Source: Oikopleura dioica
Taxonomy: Eukaryota; Animalia; Chordata
Length of the DNA stretch: 64,000 nt
Reading direction: 5' to 3'
NCBI GenBank assembly: GCA_907165135.1
Contig: OU015569.1
Location: forward strand, 8,246,001-8,310,000
In this document: positions 54,301-64,000 of the stretch, in pieces
How the letters are laid out: every line of letters starts with the position of its first letter
How positions within the stretch are numbered: the first letter of the stretch is position 1
Program-made: the position numbers and the translations under genes
Notes under the pieces: model-generated
The model's database searches: none
What the model saw: the letters and a program-made list of their open reading frames with translations, nothing else
Told to the model about the DNA's origin: nothing

Positions 54301-56100
54301 TTACAAATGCCATGTTTCAGATTGAATGCTAGAGTTTTGCGAAAAGCGAATGTTCGAAACAGTGATCGGTGTCAGGGAAATCAAGTTGCCATCGCTAAAC
54401 ACTAAAAAAAGCTTTCATATTTGTCCACAGCTGTTAATTACCGTCAGTCGAAGCACGTGCATTCCGTTTTGGGTACTTCCGCACGCTCTCACGCTGAGAA
54501 GAAGCTCTGGAGTTGAGCAACAAGTCTTCCTCGGGATCTTGGTTGTTCTTCCGCACCGCTCGGCGCACAGCGTCGCACATGTAGCAGGTGTATCCCATCA
54601 CAGAAGTTACAACTGAAAGGTTACTTTTCATTTTTTCGCTCAATCGATCGCAGTTTCCAATGCCAAAGATGTGGAAGGTCACAATTTGATCCACTCTATT
54701 CATGAAGCGGCTTTTTCAGTGCTCCGCACATGCGAGCAAAATTGAAACATGACATTGATCGCATCATGGAAATAAGTTCTATATCTACCTATCGTGCCTA
54801 TCAGCGCGGAAATGATGAAAAAGCAAAGCCAAAGTCGCTTGAAGACGGCTGCGCGACAGTCTAAATCTGTGGCGGACACTTCTGACAGTTTTTTAACTTC
54901 TGAAATTGCTCGTTAACTCGAAAATGAATCAAATATACGTACCAACATAAGGAGAGTTTACCAGTAGACAGGAAGTTTGCTCAACATTGGCGAAGTTCTT
55001 GTTGAAGCGAAAGCGTTTACCATGAAATTCAAGGGTTGAACTGTCGAGCGTTATCTAAATAATCGAAGTCTATTGCAAGGTCGATTGAAATTTGTTACAT
55101 TTTGGTTTATAATGCTTCGCAAAACAGGAACAGACTCGCAATCGCATTCAACGGGGTTAGAGAATAGCCAAATAGCTTCCAGTGATCTGACAACTTCATT
55201 AAGAGGTTCTATTGACGATACGTTGCAGCCGTTTAAAAGTAAATGGCTCAGTGTTGGCGTGGATCTCCAGCTCGGTGTGGCAAGCGACCTGAGGAAGAAA
55301 TTCTCGTTGAGCATGAGTACTTTGAGGGAGCGCAGGCCAGAAAACATCCAGTGTGAAAGCTTTGTGAACAGATTTCGAGAAAGATCAAGGTATTCTAGTT
55401 GTTGTAAGTCACGCGCCCAATTCTTGTTGACGGAAGTTAGACTACAGTTCCGTAGGATGACGATGAGATTGTTTCTCTTAGCGGGGATACTTGTAAAGTT
55501 TACAAGATTCGCTTTGTCTGATTACCGTCATAAATTCCTCTATCCCATGTCCTGTCCTCGGAATACATCTCTTCCTATTTGTCCAAGTGGATTAAAAGAT
55601 CCGTTTATTGCGAGAGCGGCGGTTGAAAACCGCGGTAATTCCTTCAAATTCGAATTGGTGACAGCTATCTTACGAAGATTTCTGAAGCCGCTCAAATCCA
55701 GCCGCTCCTCCGAATTTACAAAGGAAATTTTCGACAAGTCAAGCACATTTAACTTTGGTCGAAGGAGCTTTGTCTTGAATATCGAGCTTGTGATGGCTAA
55801 GTGCTCCAGGGTGAGGCGGCTGAGTTTGTTTGGAAAATTCGTGTATAAAAGCGGCCTGTCTCGTCCAGCAACTGTTAACTGTCGTACATTTTCAAGGTTT
55901 TCAGAGAGATGATGTTCGTCTTGTTTGGCTTATTTATATAATGAAAAATCCGAAACTAGACTAGAAGACGTTGATTTCACGCCTGAGATGTTTGATAATT
56001 CGTTGTTAATCCATTTTAAACATCTATGGAAGTCACCTAAACCTTTCACAAGAAATCACTTTTGCAAACATTTCTAGCGCAACGAGCCATGAAATCACCT
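54301..56100 (-). CDS. Leucine-rich-repeat single-pass membrane protein; start approximate
   Basis: LxxLxLxxN repeats (LRSLKVLMLNEN, LSHLLLNGCN), LRR-CT 'NPVECDC', then a hydrophobic segment and a basic tail. Confidence 0.75.
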
Positions 56101-56871
56101 AAGATATAATCCGACAGTTTCGAGAAGTCGATAAACTTATAAGCCAGTCACTGATTGAGACGTAAAGACTACTGTCGCCGCTTCCGCCTCTTTTAAAACA
56201 CTTAAATCTTCCTCCTTTTTGAAGCTCATGATTATTATCATGTCAAGTTCTTCTATTTTTTTCTTGAGCTTTCCTTCGCCGAACACAGAGATGCCATCGG
56301 CTTTCCAGAAAAATCTCTCATCTGTGTGTAGCAGGTTTTTGCAAGCACTTCTCTTATCAGAAAGAACACAAATATTCTCATTTTCAAAGTTGCGACGATA
56401 AGTGAAAAAATTCTTCTTTTTCGACAGAGCATGAAGTAGCTGTCAGCTGTCAAAGACTTTAGCGAGATCCTAATGTGTGAAATTTTCAAAACATCAAAGT
56501 TAAAATTTACATATTTCTTTGAGTTGCTGCTACTCAAGAAATAAATATATTTTTGCGTTTGATCAGCAAAAAGTCAATTGAAATGCGGAATTTTTATTGT
56601 AACAGTATTTGAGAAAAAGCTGGAACTGGACATTGGAAGATGGAAGATGGAAGGCGTGAAGGTTAGTAACTCAGGGCCAAAATAATTCTTTTGTAAGCTA
56701 TCTGGCGTCATCATATAGGAACTTATAGTTCTGATTCTGATATATTTAGTGGAAAAAAGGGAGTATTTAATCAACTGGTTTGTCAAAGGCGCGTGAGGCA
56801 TGGCGTGAGGGGTGAATGGCGGATTTCGGGTTGAAACCGGGCTTGGAAATCGAAAAGGTAATATTGGAAAG

Positions 56872-57791
56872 TTATCTCGATCGCGAACGGGAGCGCGAGC
56901 CCTGGTTCGATATTCGAATTTCCATTCGTTTGTCCTTGAGCTTGTACCCGTCGTATTGCTCTATCGCCTTTTCCATATCGCGTCGACGTTCTGATCTTGG
57001 GTTTCACTGATTTCTTTGGATACACAAGATTCACTCAAGGGTATGTACTTAATTCTATCTAATTAATTCAAATGAAACCCGTTTCAAAACAAATTATTCC
57101 ACGTCCAGGCCCACATCGCATCCTATCGTGGGCTTCACCGTAGCTCACTTCGCCGACACGACGGAAGAAATCCTTCAAGTCTTGCCAGCTACAATTATTT
57201 AAATCGACAGTTTTCTACTGGCTGGCATGAAGCTTACCTAACTCGATCGGAAAGATTTTCTATTTCGATTGCGTACTTGGTTTTTCGCGGAGCACCGTAT
57301 TTTCTGTAAGCTGTTCGCTCAAAATAGCTCCGTCGGGGTGATCTACTTGTCGATCGAGAGTACCTGAATTTAACTAGTTACACTCTTGCCGTTCAAAAAA
57401 ACTGAATGGGAGAAGTCTCTAATTGACTTCTCCCAGATGTTTACCTCCCGTTGCGATCTCTTGATCGACTACGAGATCTGGAATATGAATCTCGTCCTCT
57501 TCGAGTTCTGTCTCGCCCGCCATTGGAAAGTTCGATGCGAACTCGTTGTCCACAAATGTCTTTACCGTCCAAATCTTGTACTGCGTCTTTAGCGTCGTAC
57601 TTGTCCTTAAACTGCACAAACCCTTCAAAAAATGATTGTTTATCGTCTCGTAAACTCCGCTTACCGTAGCCTCCCTTGAGTGAAATATCCCGCAGACTAC
57701 CGTAGCCCTTGAAGAACTTCTCTATGTCTTCATGACGGGCGTGATCAGATAAGTTCCCAATAAAGACAGAGTGCATTGTTTCAGTCCCCAT
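56872..57791 (-). CDS. SR splicing factor, SRSF4/5/6 (B52) type
   Basis: RRM1 'VFIGNL...DIEKFFKGYG...GYGFVQF', RS linker, pseudo-RRM 'IENLSDRVSWQDLKDF', short RS tail. Confidence 0.9.
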
Positions 57792-57996
57792 TTCTGCTCC
57801 GACAAACTGAGCTCGATAAGAAAATCGAAAAAATGAAGGACTCTGTCTCCCCTCCTCGTATCTGCTGCACAACCTAACCCGACAAGGCATCACCTCGGGC
57901 GATGCCGCTCATCCCTTTCTTTCGGATATCATCTGCAAAAGCAATAATAACAAAACACACTCATATCTTGAGAAAAATAAATTGTTTTAATCATTT

Positions 57997-59492
57997 TTAT
58001 TCGAACAGTTTTGCAGTGGATTTACTTGATTCCGAAGATTTTTACAAATCACGTATTTTCTTGAGAATTTCATCTATAAAAAAATGTAAGACAATGGCTA
58101 TATTGAAACACAATTTACCACTTGCATCGTTTGCATCCAAAAATTCTCCGTTCTCAGCTGCTTCTATTCTTGCTAATAATTCACTTCGATCCATAGCCGA
58201 GTTTACCATCGTTTTATTGCTGAAGAACTGCTGGTTGGATCGCGTAAACATCGGTCCCATTTTGAAACCTTTCTCGTCTGATTGTGTGAAAGTCCAAACT
58301 GTGCGAGCCAGTTTGTGGGCTTCAGATGCTAGCTCTTCCTCTGAATCGTCTGTAGTTCCTTCAACATCTCCGAACAATTTTAGCTCGAGCGGATGCAGCT
58401 CGTCACTCTCCATCAGCGAAAGTCGAGCGCTGTCCGTCCAACGCTGAACAGGACACCAGCAATTTGTCCCAAGCATTTGTCGTTTTTCTGCATATTCTCG
58501 TAAACGCTGCAAAAAAAATTAATAGTTATATTGAATTACTTAAAGTATTGAATAGTCTTCACTCAGTAAACACATGCAACTTTTCCTAATAGATCGTCCA
58601 TCTTCTGGAACCTTGCTAGTCGGGAAATCTCCACAAATTGAGGAGGATGAAGAATGTGTTCAGACCTTTCTTGCTTCGCAAGTGCTTCGAACGGGTTCAT
58701 AACCTGCATGTCTACAGTTTCTCCGCCATCTTCGGTTGCATAATCAGGCAGAAATGGAATTGAGGATAAATAAAAGGCAGTGTCGAAACGATAGGGGAGG
58801 ATTGAGGGGGGAGTAAGCCAGTGAGACCACTCGTAGAGATTTTCAACAAGCGGACGCGCATTTAACTCATTGCATAGCGTTAAGAATTCAGACGCTGAGC
58901 CTTCTACTGATTTCCGCCACTTTGATATTTCGCTTTTAGACGGCAGGTGTTTTCCTTTATGTTCGGGTTTTTATCCTTTTCTAGTCAATCTTGAACTATG
59001 TACGTGCACAAAACATTAACAATTTACCCTTTCCTTGAATAAGATTTCCATCTTTCTCAACAAGAAGGATTCCTGACTCTTCGAAGCACTCTCTTATCGC
59101 CGAAATCCTAAGCGATAAGTCTCTTGAAACCGCTTCTTCCCGATCGGATCGGAATAGTTTCGGTCGTGGAACGCTCCTTGCACTCGGTGGAGTCAGCTCG
59201 CCAATTGTCGATGGAGGGAAGAACTCCATCCACTTTGAGTCTCCGTCAATAGAAGAAATTGCTCCGCCAGGAAACACATAGGTTGATGCCATAAAACGAA
59301 GCTTCGCAGAACGCTTGAGCATAACCACACCATAGTCGCACGGATACACTTTATGCTTTGAGAAGGCATAATTAAAATAGAGCTTAGATATTTACTGACA
59401 AATTTATGAAGTATGCCTTATTTATTTATGCCCTCCTTCAGCGGGGTCGTAAGAATTAAGGTGGCTGCTTTTCTAAATTTTTCAACAGTCAT
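57997..59492 (-). CDS. NUDT19: Nudix hydrolase NUDT19-like (acyl-CoA diphosphatase)
   Basis: 'RKAATLIL', 'MLKRS...FMASTYVFPGG', 'AIRECFEESGILL', 'WSHWLTP...RFDTAFY', 'PPQFVEISRL'. Confidence 0.88.
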
Positions 59493-60017
59493 TTCTCTTT
59501 TTTTCGTGTCAAAACTGATTCTGATTGGTCCTTGTTGTTAGCGAATAACGGTTTTCGACGAAATTTCAAATGGTAATTTCATACATTTCGAATCAAAAGA
59601 GATCATTTTGATAACTCTATCCAAGTGAGGAGTTTAATTTATCTATTTTTGTTTTCATATTCCTAGAACTAGCATTAGAGTAAGAACACTGGCATCCAAA
59701 TGCAACGGAAATGCAAATAAGACGCTGATGACGAGGAATGACTCAGTCTTAGTGAGTTCTTGTTTGGTTCCTTTCTTCCCCTTGACTTATCGCTGGAAGT
59801 AATCATTCACTGATTATCATTGATAAGCGTTTACTACTCCGGTCCCCCGCTGTGAAACTAAGAATTCTGATCACCTGCGATTCAATACCCCACCAAGCTT
59901 GGTGGCGCTATATGCTGCTCACTGTGTCTCATAAAAGCGCCTCTGAATCTGAAAAGAACAAAACATTTAATTTGAAGTCATACAAATTTATTAAGTTTGA
60001 TTATCCGACTCCTTGAA

Positions 60018-60896
60018 ATGCCAAAAGCCGCCCTTACTGACGAGATGAAGAAAATAATCCGTGAAAAGTATGATAACACCGAACCTAAAATGAAAACGGC
60101 TGATCTTAGCAAGTGGGCAACGAAGGAGCTGGGCAAGCCGATCTCTCCGGCAGTCTGCAACGCTATCAAAAAGACGTCGAAGCGGGAAAAGGAAAGGGTT
60201 CATATTATTCTACTCTATTGTCAACATAAGAGATAGTTAACATTTTAGTATCTCCGCTAGTTTATCAATTTTGAACCCTTGAAATAGCTTGAGAATCCTG
60301 GACGAGCCGCTTTCGAGGAATTCGTTGCCTTCCAAGCGAAGGTCTCCTTCAACTCCCAACGGCAATACGCCTCCCGATCTGACATCATTGAGATCGCAAA
60401 GTACTGCACTGGAATCAACTTCTTCGGTAATTTTCAGCATTTATAATTATTCATATTGAAATCTTTCCAAGAGAAAGAAAACATCCCTGCCTTGAATTCA
60501 AACTGGTTTTCCATCCTCCGCGATTCTTACGGACTCCCGAAAAATGCCCGAGCTCTGACTGGAGGTTTTTTCGCCATTCCTTCTACCGCTGCCGAGCGAC
60601 GAGCACAAGACAGACGCATCCAGATGCAAGCTGATTTCAGACTCCGACCCAAGGTGCTAACTCCTTACAGCTGGGAATTCATCGAGGAGAAATATCTCTA
60701 CAACTGGGCCAACTCCGACTCCGGCCTTAGCTTCAGCAAACTCCAGGACGAGAGCCTCAAGTTTCTCCTCACGGAACGCCCACAGGGTCCTCCACTCCAG
60801 GTAGTGGTTAAAAACCCTTCTTCTCTAAATAACTTGATTCAGGTCTACAAAATGCCCTACGAGAGACAATCTCCCGACTTCGACGAAATCCAGTAA
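60018..60896 (+). CDS. CENP-B/pogo(Tc5)-type double-HTH protein, copy 1, no DDE domain
   Basis: 'LTDEMKKII...ADLSKWATKELGKPISPAVCNAIKK' (CENP-B N-terminal HTH-like) and 'IIEIAK...ALNSNWFSILRDSYGL' (Tc5 HTH-like). Three short introns. Confidence 0.7.
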
Positions 60897-61759
60897 CTCA
60901 AACAACGAATGGCGGCTGCAATTGTTGTAGCGACTAGAATCCTGCCCTGGCCTCAGTATACTGTAGAACTGTTGCTGCTAAATCTCTCTTCCTTTTTTAA
61001 CCCTGCTGTAGAGTTACATCGGCACCCTATTGTTAGCATGTTAAATAAATAAGACGAAATGATCAAAAAGAATCCTAACTATTCACTTTTTTAGACTGTC
61101 AGTCTTCCTTGTTTTCAATTATATATTTATCATCAGTAATATGAAAAATGAAATTTACAGTCGACTCGCAAAATTTTGATCTTTTTTTGGTGATCTTTCT
61201 AACACTAGTATCTGTATGCGTCGTAATTATATTAAAAGTTGAAGTGAAAAAGGTCGAAGGGATAATCTCATGGCTGAATGGTGGGCGCTTCCCACTGAAT
61301 CGTTTCTCTCTCGCTCGAACTGAGTCGAAACGCGGATCATTGCCCGATACTTGAAGTGCCTGTCTATGATTGGATTTCAGTTCGTTCTTACTTTCGAAAT
61401 CCATCAGGAAGCAGCGGAAGGTGTCAAAGGCGCCCGAGAGCATCCAGTTACAAGCGCGTGCACCGGAACCACGCAGGTTCAATCCAAAAAGGTTATAGCC
61501 TGCAGCTACCCTAAACTGAGGTAAAACCTAAACTGAGGAATAAGAGACTTTTTCATCAACGGCTTTTCCTCGAGCCCCATCGGAATCCAAGGCTCGGATA
61601 TCCTAACAAGGTTGGTAGCGCTATATCATATAGGCTAATAGACTATTAGTAATAGCATACAGGCATATAATATGTAGCTCACCTGGCGGTAGCGTATCAT
61701 TTTATTTAAATTTAATCATCCGGATTATAATAATAAAATATTTTAGTCGAATCGCCGAA

Positions 61760-62656
61760 ATGCCAAAAGCCGATCTTACTGACGACATGAAGAAGATCAT
61801 CGCTAAAAAGTACGACAATACGGAGCCTAAAATGAGCACAGCCGACCTCTGCGAGTGGGCGGCGAAGGAGCTTGGTAAACCCGTCTCAGCTGCAGTCTGC
61901 AATGCTATTAAGAGGACATCAAAGAGATACAAGGAAAGGGTTTATCTCAGACTGGTTTTATATTTAACTTAAGGTGTAGAAACTTCTGGGAACTGCCTAT
62001 ATAGAGAGTGAACCCTTAAAAAAGCAAGAGAATCCATCACAGGCAGCATTTGATGAATTCGTAGCATTTCAAGCGAAAGTCTCCTTCAACGAACAACGGA
62101 TGTACACTTCAAGAGCTTACACCATTGAACTCGCCAAGAACTGCAGTCGACTGGATTTCTTTGGTGAGTTAAGATTTTTATAAATAATGTAAGAATTTTC
62201 TCAGATGGTGAAAAAATCCCTGCTTTGTCAGCAACCTGGTATTCCGCCCTGCGAGATTCATACGGACTTCCGAAAAATACGCGAGCTCTCAACTTGGATC
62301 ATGTGGAGTATCGAGCTCCAAGAAATGATGACGAGGAACGTGCGATACAGAGATATTTTCAGATGTATGAAGATTTCAAGGTCCGGCCAAAGGTCCTCAC
62401 TCCATACAGCTGGGAGTTCATCGAGGAGAAGTATCTCTACCACTGGGTCAATGGCTGCTCAAACCTTAGCTACAATGAGCTCAAGGAAGAAGATCATAAA
62501 CTCCAGTATCAGATTCTCACAAAGCCTGAAGAAGTGCCAGAGGCAGGCCCCCCACTTCAGGTAAAATAAAAATTTATATTTTATCTAAAATTATCAATTT
62601 AGGTTTACAAAATGCCCGACGAGGAAGAATCTCCCGACTTCGACGAGGTCCAGTAA
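61760..62656 (+). CDS. CENP-B/pogo-type HTH protein, copy 2
   Basis: Paralog of copy 1 with matching exon layout; shared 'RPKVLTPYSWEFIEEKYLY' and many synonymous differences. Confidence 0.7.
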
Positions 62657-62706
62657 CTCAAAAAACGAATGACGGCTGCGATTGTTGTAGCGACAAGACT
62701 CATACC

Positions 62707-63402
62707 TAGGGACTTTCACGGAAAAACGACTGCCCTTCGATTTTCGTAAAAATTTCCTTAAAAGTATGGATTTTTCAGCTGATTCTGATGATACCAAAAT
62801 CTTTTTGATCGGATAATGCTGCGGAAGACAAACTCAAGACTACTCTTAAAGCTGACCGATTTTTCACCCGAGTTTTCTGGGTCACTTGCTTATTATTTTT
62901 CGAAAATTTCTTTGCAAACATGAAGCTTAGGACTTCCGGGAACTTTTTTGTGTTAATCACCCGGTATTGTTTGCATCTGATTCCGTGTACTGGGTCAAAG
63001 CAAGCACCCACTGAGATTATGGCGCGCGTTAATGCTTTTCGGGCTCCCCGCGCAGCGTGCAAAGCACTAGCGCGCCGTCACTTTTACTTAGTTATCTGAT
63101 GATTGTGGCCGACTAGTAGAACCAAGTAAATTTATTTTTTGAGAGATTAAGAAAAAGGGTCTGATAGAAAACATATCGAAAAAAGAATGACGAGGCAAGA
63201 CGAGCTCTATACTTTTTCGATCTTTGAAAGATAAATTCGATGTTTTTCATAATATTCAATATTTTTTGCCAATTTTTCGATCATATTTGGAATCAGCAGG
63301 TAAGAAAACATGTTTTTTCTGAAAAATCAAGAAAAACGGATGGCTATTTCGGGTAGTTGGGAAAGCGAAAATTGGGCCCTCGCGCTCCCGTGATAGTCCC
63401 TA
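62707..63402. mobile_element. Non-autonomous hAT-type DNA transposon (MITE), 696 bp
   Basis: TIRs TAGGGACTTTCACGG / CCGTGATAGTCCCTA (14/15); 8-bp TSD CTCATACC at 62699-62706 and 63403-63410. Homology to copy 1 resumes after the TSD (gcctcagtatact). Confidence 0.9.
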
Positions 63403-63737
63403 CTCATACCATTGCCTCAGTATACTAAATAAGTGTTGCGCTTAAAATCTCCTTCATTTTAGTTTCCTTTCTAATATTATGATAAGCCGGAAGAATGAAA
63501 TATAATGATGTTTGTCTAATTATAAAACTATTGTTACACTTGCTAAGCTCATAATTAAGATTAAAGTCTTCCTTGTTTTCTATTTGAATTATTTTTCATA
63601 CTTATTATCAATTATCATCAAGCGCCTTCGAATATCCATATTTTCACGCTTGTAGCTCACTCCGTCTATTAAAACTGCTCTTTCAATTTAAAATCTAACC
63701 AAATGATTATTTTAGTCTGAAAACTCGAATCATCGAA

Positions 63738-64000
63738 ATGCCAAAACCCACCCTTACGGACGAGATGAAGAAAATCATCCGCGATAAGTACGACTCCACG
63801 GAACCAAAGATGAAAACAGCCGATCTTTGCGAGTGGGCGGAAAGGGAACTCGGCAAGCCGATCTCTGCTGCAGTTTGCAACAATATCAAAAAGACGTCGA
63901 AGCGAAATAAGGAAAGGGTTCATCTTAGAACTTTACTGTGGCTTTGTACAAATCAAGTTCATCTAAAGTGAACCCTTGAACAAGCTTGAGAATCCGAAAC
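63738..64000 (+). CDS. CENP-B/pogo-type HTH protein, copy 3, truncated by window end
   Basis: MPKPTLTDEMKKIIRDKYDSTEPKMKTADLCEWAERELGKPISAAVCN, homologous to copies 1 and 2. Confidence 0.7.

Noticed and set aside
55073-55912. 279-aa plus-strand ORF
   Set aside because: Antisense shadow of the LRR gene.

Overview
Gene-dense eukaryotic DNA with very short introns (about 40-60 nt), frequent non-GT splice donors, AG acceptors directly before ATGs, and a Ty3/gypsy element. This combination points to the compact genome of a larvacean tunicate such as Oikopleura dioica (inference). Recognisable genes, in order: class A GPCR, GPI-type alpha carbonic anhydrase, Cys-rich/Kelch secreted protein, MAM + Cys-repeat protein, N-terminally short TRPM channel, neurabin/spinophilin-like PDZ protein, DUOXA, a dsRBD-DZF protein, HSP60 (with a perfect 5-unit heat-shock element), MIPEP, BBS1, PLEKHM1-like, MKNK, tRNA-Ile(TAT), an LRR receptor, an SRSF4/5/6-like protein, NUDT19, and three tandem CENP-B/pogo-type HTH genes. 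Highlights: (1) introns with GA/GG/GC (possibly AA) donors repeatedly carry an inverted-repeat stem joining about +4..+8 to about -8..-10, in at least five unrelated genes; (2) a gene fusing DHX9-type dsRBDs to an ILF3/ZFR-type DZF domain; (3) a very young 8.2-kb LTR retrotransposon with TA...TA termini, a -1 frameshift signal and a non-Env third ORF, inserted in a 45-nt intron; (4) a tandem family of catalytic-domain-less transposase DNA-binding proteins, one hit by a hAT-type MITE. Several single-base homopolymer deletions suggest residual assembly errors. Gene boundaries were assembled by hand and are approximate. Family assignments rest on recalled motifs, not database searches.
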